From contig OZ244207.1 in NCBI GenBank assembly GCA_965216875.1, positions 4,992,001-5,056,000 on the forward strand: a stretch of DNA of 64,000 nucleotides. The letters are read 5' to 3'. The translations under genes were made by a program, and so were the position numbers. This DNA comes from Rubripirellula sp. GTDB taxonomy: Bacteria > Planctomycetota > Planctomycetia > Pirellulales > Pirellulaceae. The notes beneath the pieces are model-generated. The model did not search any database, was not told the origin of the DNA, and was given only the letters and a program-made list of their open reading frames with translations. This document shows, piece after piece, positions 59,833-64,000 of the stretch (position 1 is the stretch's first letter; each line of letters starts with the position of its first letter).

Positions 59833-59919
59833 GTCATGCTCCGCATGACAAATCAAACACGAACGCGTAGGTGATGCTCCGCATGACAACTCAAACCAGT
59901 CATGCACAGCATGACCTAC
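59829..59919. repeat. REP family C triplet (two + copies, one - copy) between convergent genes
   Basis: 59829-59849, 59867-59887 and 59899-59919. Confidence 0.9.
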
Positions 59920-60581
59920 TCGGCGGGCCAATCGGGGTCGGCGATCTGGCGCGTCATCGTTGCCAAACGAGCTTGTGTGTCGAGCAGCCGTTGCCAGGCT
60001 GACAATTTTAAGATGACTTCCTGGTTGTTCTCTTCGGTCCGCGCCGATTCGATCAATCGGTGGAGCCGGTTTTGCAGGTAGTCGAGAATTTCGCAGAGCT
60101 GCGCTTTCTGGCCGGGCGAGAGGTCATCGGGAATCGATGGGACCTCGGGGATCTTCATCACCTCGGCCGGATAGGGTGACTTCGGTTCGTGGTTGAGTTC
60201 AACAACGATCGAACTTTCCGAAGAAGACATTTCCCGCGAGACAGTTGGGTTTTCGCCACCCATCGCCGCCAGTCGCGCTGCGATCTGCGACTCTGACCCA
60301 ACGAGCATCAAACTGCGTCCGACGGCAATCAGATCACCGTGACGCAAGATCTTGAGCTGGCATTCGATGCCGTTGACCTTGGTGCCATTGGTGCTGTCCA
60401 AATCGGTCAGGACGAGGCGATCGTTGTCCCGTTGAACTTTGAAATGACAGCGTGAGACACGCTCGTCGTTGAGCTGAATGTCGTTCCCTTCCTCACGACC
60501 AATCGTCAACGGTGGGTCAAGGTTCTCGTAAACCTTGCCACGATCAGCGCCGTGAAGAATCTTCAGGGTGACGCCCGACAT
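59916..60581 (-). CDS. FHA domain protein
   Basis: TIGRE, VSRCH, DLDSTNGTKVNG. Confidence 0.92.
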   Translation of the reverse strand: MSGVTLKILHGADRGKVYENLDPPLTIGREEGNDIQLNDERVSRCHFKVQRDNDRLVLTDLDSTNGTKVNGIECQLKILRHGDLIAVGRSLMLVGSESQIAARLAAMGGENPTVSREMSSSESSIVVELNHEPKSPYPAEVMKIPEVPSIPDDLSPGQKAQLCEILDYLQNRLHRLIESARTEENNQEVILKLSAWQRLLDTQARLATMTRQIADPDWPAE

Positions 60582-60778
60582 TGGGCACTCCAGATAAGTT
60601 CAGTTGCGGGATGCACATCCAGCGAGTGGACGAGAATAGTATAGACAAGTCGGCTGGACTCGTCATTGCTCCTTTTTTGTGGCCTCCCAAGCATTCGGCC
60701 CAGCGCTACCAAGCGATCGGCGGAGGGAGCGAAGTGTGCTCGAATTGGTAACGAAAAGAGGCCATGGGACGCTCCAGG

Positions 60779-61975
60779 CTACATCACCTGAGCTATCACG
60801 CACTTAAGGTAATCACTTTCCGGGCACGAAATGGCGACCGGGTGATCGGGAGCCGGCCCGCGATTCTCGAGCATCACCAAGTCCCGACGCCGACGACGAC
60901 CAACGTCAAGCAACATGTTCAGGAAGTCCGAACGCGAGACGCGGCCCGAACAGCTGCACGTTACCAACACCCCGCCAGGGGGAAGCAAGTCGACGGCCGA
61001 CGCATTGAGCCGGTGGTAGGCTCGAAGGGCCGAATCAATCTGGTGACGCGATCCAGCAAATCGCGGCGGGTCAAGCACGATAGCGTCGAAACTCTCGCCC
61101 GCTTCGCCGAGTCGCTTGAGTTCGTCAAAACAATCGGCCTGAGTGAAATCGACCGAGGTGAGTCCATTGGCCTGGGCCGTTTCTTTGGCCGCGTTTAGCG
61201 CCGCTTCGCTGCTGTCGATCGCTTGCACATGCGTCGCTCCCGCCTTGGCGGCCACCAATCCAAAGCCGCCGTTGTAGCAACACACATCGAGAATCCGCTT
61301 GCCCACCATGTACTTGGCGGCCGCCTCGTGATTGAGACGCTGGTCCAAGTAGCCACCCGTCTTTTGTCCGCCTTGAAGGTCAACCGTCCACTCGAGACCA
61401 TTTTGTTGGTACGCCACACGCCCCTCGACACCACCGACGTGCCAACGACTCTCAGGCTCGATCCCTTCGTGTTTTGCGACCTTTTGATCGATGCGAACAA
61501 TCACATGGTTGCACCCCGAGGATTGTTGCAATTGCTCCAGGATCGGCTGCTGCCACCGAAGCAGGCAAGCGGCGGTGAACTGCACGCTCAAGCAGTCGGC
61601 GTACCGATCGACAATCAGACCGCTGATCAAATCCGACTCGCTGAAGACCAGTCGTTCGGCCGATTGCAGGTCAGCGGGTTGGCTCAACCGCCGCCGCGCA
61701 ACGGACGCCTCGATGCGACTTCGAAACAGCGATTCGGAAACTTCAATCGATGAATCAAAAGCGTAGAGCCGAATTCGCAGCCGGCTGTTCGGATTGATCA
61801 CCCCGCGAGCGACGAAGTTGCCATCGTGATCATGCAGGTCAACGACTTGCCCAGGATCGAGGTCGCGCCCATCCTCGGCCAACGAATGGGCATGCACCCA
61901 GGGATGCCGGGCGAAAAACGGAAAGTGACGCTGCGGTTTGAGGCGAAGCGGGACGGGCTGGTCGGCAAATGTCAC
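60779..61975 (-). CDS. rlmI: 23S rRNA m5C1962 methyltransferase (RlmI family)
   Basis: HPWV PUA domain, SESDLISGLIVDRY, GQKTGGYLDQR, LDPP, CSCS, YLK; start uncertain. Confidence 0.9.
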   Translation of the reverse strand: MTFADQPVPLRLKPQRHFPFFARHPWVHAHSLAEDGRDLDPGQVVDLHDHDGNFVARGVINPNSRLRIRLYAFDSSIEVSESLFRSRIEASVARRRLSQPADLQSAERLVFSESDLISGLIVDRYADCLSVQFTAACLLRWQQPILEQLQQSSGCNHVIVRIDQKVAKHEGIEPESRWHVGGVEGRVAYQQNGLEWTVDLQGGQKTGGYLDQRLNHEAAAKYMVGKRILDVCCYNGGFGLVAAKAGATHVQAIDSSEAALNAAKETAQANGLTSVDFTQADCFDELKRLGEAGESFDAIVLDPPRFAGSRHQIDSALRAYHRLNASAVDLLPPGGVLVTCSCSGRVSRSDFLNMLLDVGRRRRRDLVMLENRGPAPDHPVAISCPESDYLKCVIAQVM

Positions 61976-62120
61976 AGGTCGATGCACAGGTCGGGAACTC
62001 GAAACTTGTCTCGGATCGCCTAGCGTAGCGGCCAAGCACAAAATACGGGAGGCAGTGGAGACATTGAGCCGCGATCGCGTAAGCGGCCGGGCATTGTTCC
62101 GGGATCCTCGTTTTGCAGCT

Positions 62121-62160
62121 TGCCGGATCTGCGTCGCTGTCGCTCCTTGATCCGGCCTAC
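62121..62160 (-). repeat. REP family A copy
   Basis: TGCCGGATCTGCGTCGCTGTCGCTCCTTGATCCGGCCTAC. Confidence 0.9.
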
Positions 62161-62460
62161 GACCGCGTGCGAGGCCCGCCGCTGTTGAAACTAAGAATCG
62201 TTCGCAACAAGCAGCTTAATAAAAGCCGGCTGGCCAACGAACTTTTCCGATCCACCGGCTGTCTTGGCTTACTGGACTTCCTGAGCCGTTCACTTTCACA
62301 ACCTCCGGCCGTGCGTTGGGCGGAAGTTGCGAATTCCGATTGCAGACGGACGGTTGTCCGACCGATATATTTATGGCAGAAATGGGGTCCGAGGTCCGCT
62401 TTTTGCGCTCACTGTAACGCCGGACCTTCGAGACTTAGTAAAGAAGAAAGGTTGACACCC

Positions 62461-62739
62461 ATGACTCACGTCGTTGCCGAACCGTGCAAAGGATGCAAAT
62501 ACACTGATTGCGTTGTCGTCTGCCCCGTCCAGTGTTTTTACGAGGGCGAAGACATGCTTTACATCCATCCCGAAGAATGCATCGACTGTGAAGCCTGCGT
62601 TCCCGAATGTCCCGTCGAAGCGATCTTCCACGAGGACAACCTGCCAGAAGAAATGCAGAGCTACTTGGAACTCAACGCCAAGATGTCGGAAGAGTGCGAA
62701 GTGATCACCGACAAGAAAGAGCCTCTCGCGGATCAGTAA
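62461..62739 (+). CDS. fdxA: 7Fe-type ferredoxin
   Basis: MTHVVAEPCKGCKYTDCVVVCPV...CIDCEACVPECPVEAI. Confidence 0.93.
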   Translation: MTHVVAEPCKGCKYTDCVVVCPVQCFYEGEDMLYIHPEECIDCEACVPECPVEAIFHEDNLPEEMQSYLELNAKMSEECEVITDKKEPLADQ

Positions 62740-62837
62740 GCCGCCGAGCGCTAAGGTTTCCAAGATCGGCAGAGGTTTCGTTTGTATCCTCGCCGTCGCG
62801 ATCGAACGCAACGAGACAACGACAACCGTCCAACAAG

Positions 62838-62876
62838 AACAGCCCAGTGAAGTGAACTTCACTGGGCTGTTTTTTT
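62838..62876. terminator. Terminator between convergent ferredoxin and HNH genes
   Basis: AACAGCCCAGTGAAG-tgaa-CTTCACTGGGCTGTTTTTTT. Confidence 0.88.
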
Positions 62877-62895
62877 GTAGATCAACAAAGGTTCA

Positions 62896-63501
62896 TTAAC
62901 CAGCTGCTGGCAAGAACGTCTTCCAGCATTCGTACCGCGGGTCCTGGACCGATTGAACCAGCAGCGGGTTGACGCGTGGCTTGGCTGGACGTGAGAGCAA
63001 CTTCATCCGTGCCTGCTTTGGCGTCCGTCCACCCTTGCGACTGTTGCAGCGCAAGCAGCAGCAAACGATGTTTTCCCACGTCGTTGGTCCACCATGTGAA
63101 CGTGGGATCACGTGGTCCAAGCTCAACTGGTGCGACGGCTCGTGTCGACCGCAGTACTGGCATCGGTGCTCGTCACGCGCGAACAGGTTCTTTCGATTGA
63201 AGCGAACCGATTGAACAGGCATGCGATCGAACCGCGTCAGACGAACGATACGAGGGACGCGCAGATCGAAACCGACCGCGCGAATGAACTCGTCATTGGG
63301 CTGCTTCTCCATCGAAGCCAACTGACTCAGCTCGCACCAACTTTCGAAGTCGTAGCTGACGTATTGATCGTTATCGTGATCGATCACTTCGGCGCACTCG
63401 CGGTACAACAGCGTGAACGCACGCCGAACATTGACGACACGTATCGCCATGTAAAAGCGGTTCAGCACAAGGACGTTTGTATCAAGCAAACTCTGTGACA
63501 T
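62896..63501 (-). CDS. HNH endonuclease family protein
   Basis: VLVLN, RDEHRCQYCG, LDHVIPRSHGG..WENIVCCCLRCNSRKG. Confidence 0.92.
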   Translation of the reverse strand: MSQSLLDTNVLVLNRFYMAIRVVNVRRAFTLLYRECAEVIDHDNDQYVSYDFESWCELSQLASMEKQPNDEFIRAVGFDLRVPRIVRLTRFDRMPVQSVRFNRKNLFARDEHRCQYCGRHEPSHQLSLDHVIPRSHGGPTTWENIVCCCLRCNSRKGGRTPKQARMKLLSRPAKPRVNPLLVQSVQDPRYECWKTFLPAAG

Positions 63502-63960
63502 TTTCTCTTTTGGTCCTTTCCGTCATCACTGAATGCGGAAGCACGGTCCACGAAATCGCCTAGGGAGCCTTGTTGCAAGTGACCAACTTATTCTAGTGGC
63601 GCGGGCCGAGGCTACCGAATTTCGCCTGACCCCTCAAAATTCCCACCTAACACCGTTGGGCACCCGTCAAGTCGATGATGAGGCCGCCTTGATGACTTTT
63701 GCCGGAAAATACGGTGCGAATCGGACACATGATCAGTTCTCAACTTTGCTGACACTTTGCCAGCGGTTGCCGAGATCCCGACACTTCTCCCTGTTTCCTT
63801 GCTGTCACCGACACGAATTTTGGCCGCTCAGGTTCGCGTTCGACGCTCCTTCGACATCAACCTGACCAGGTTTTTACCGACTCGATTTGCCGCCACCGGC
63901 CAAGATCACCAGCCCAAGTTCGAACAGTGTGCGCCAACAAGAGAGAGTCGCCGGTCGGCA

Positions 63961-63996
63961 AGCACTGGCTGGCAAACAGCACTGGCTGGCAAACAG
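63961..63996. repeat. 17-bp tandem repeat x2 (AGCACTGGCTGGCAAAC)
   Basis: Seen directly at the window end. Confidence 0.8.
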
Positions 63997-64000
63997 GCGA

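Noticed and set aside
62896..63501. HNH nuclease as part of a defence or mobile system
   Set aside because: Stand-alone gene with no methylase, toxin partner or intron context visible in the window
1..64000. Global UGA reassignment (genetic code 4 or 25)
   Set aside because: Conserved genes such as acpP, fabD, aroF and galE end at TGA at their expected C-termini, and Trp is encoded by TGG
1..64000. tRNA-Sec, other tRNA or rRNA, and sel genes
   Set aside because: No cloverleaf or T-loop pattern and no SelA/B/D motifs recognised by eye; a formal scan was not possible

Overview
A roughly 58% GC (estimated by eye) chromosomal window from a planctomycete, most likely Pirellulaceae. The assignment rests on planctomycete cytochrome c, PVC-type heme protein, LRR protein with an RWRLRTLL leader, DUF11 lipoprotein and Cys-rich BBP2 porin genes. 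It carries housekeeping loci (ftsY-miaE, clpX, rpmF-fabD-fabG-acpP-fabF, aroF, galE, xerD, rlmI, ferredoxin, amt-PII) mixed with many exported or hypothetical proteins. The main result is two genes that the ORF track breaks or misses because of an in-frame TGA at a Cys-type position, each followed by a bacterial SECIS-like hairpin. One is a 120-aa HMA-domain lipoprotein with M-V-U-G-G-C (14584-14946, +). The other is a 621-aa secreted FG-GAP + DsbD-alpha-like protein with a vicinal U-C dipeptide (8901-10766, -). Both are candidate exported selenoproteins and lie about 4 kb apart. No selA/B/C/D gene is visible in the window, so Sec insertion is inferred, not shown. The intergenic DNA holds at least eight REP/REPIN-like palindrome families, one very like the enterobacterial REP, plus several short tandem repeats. 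There is also a candidate structured ncRNA or leader (about 6964-7250), a triplicated porin locus upstream of a sigma54-type amt promoter, and a three-gene module containing two paralogues of an unnamed domain. I saw no tRNA, rRNA, CRISPR array or transposase.
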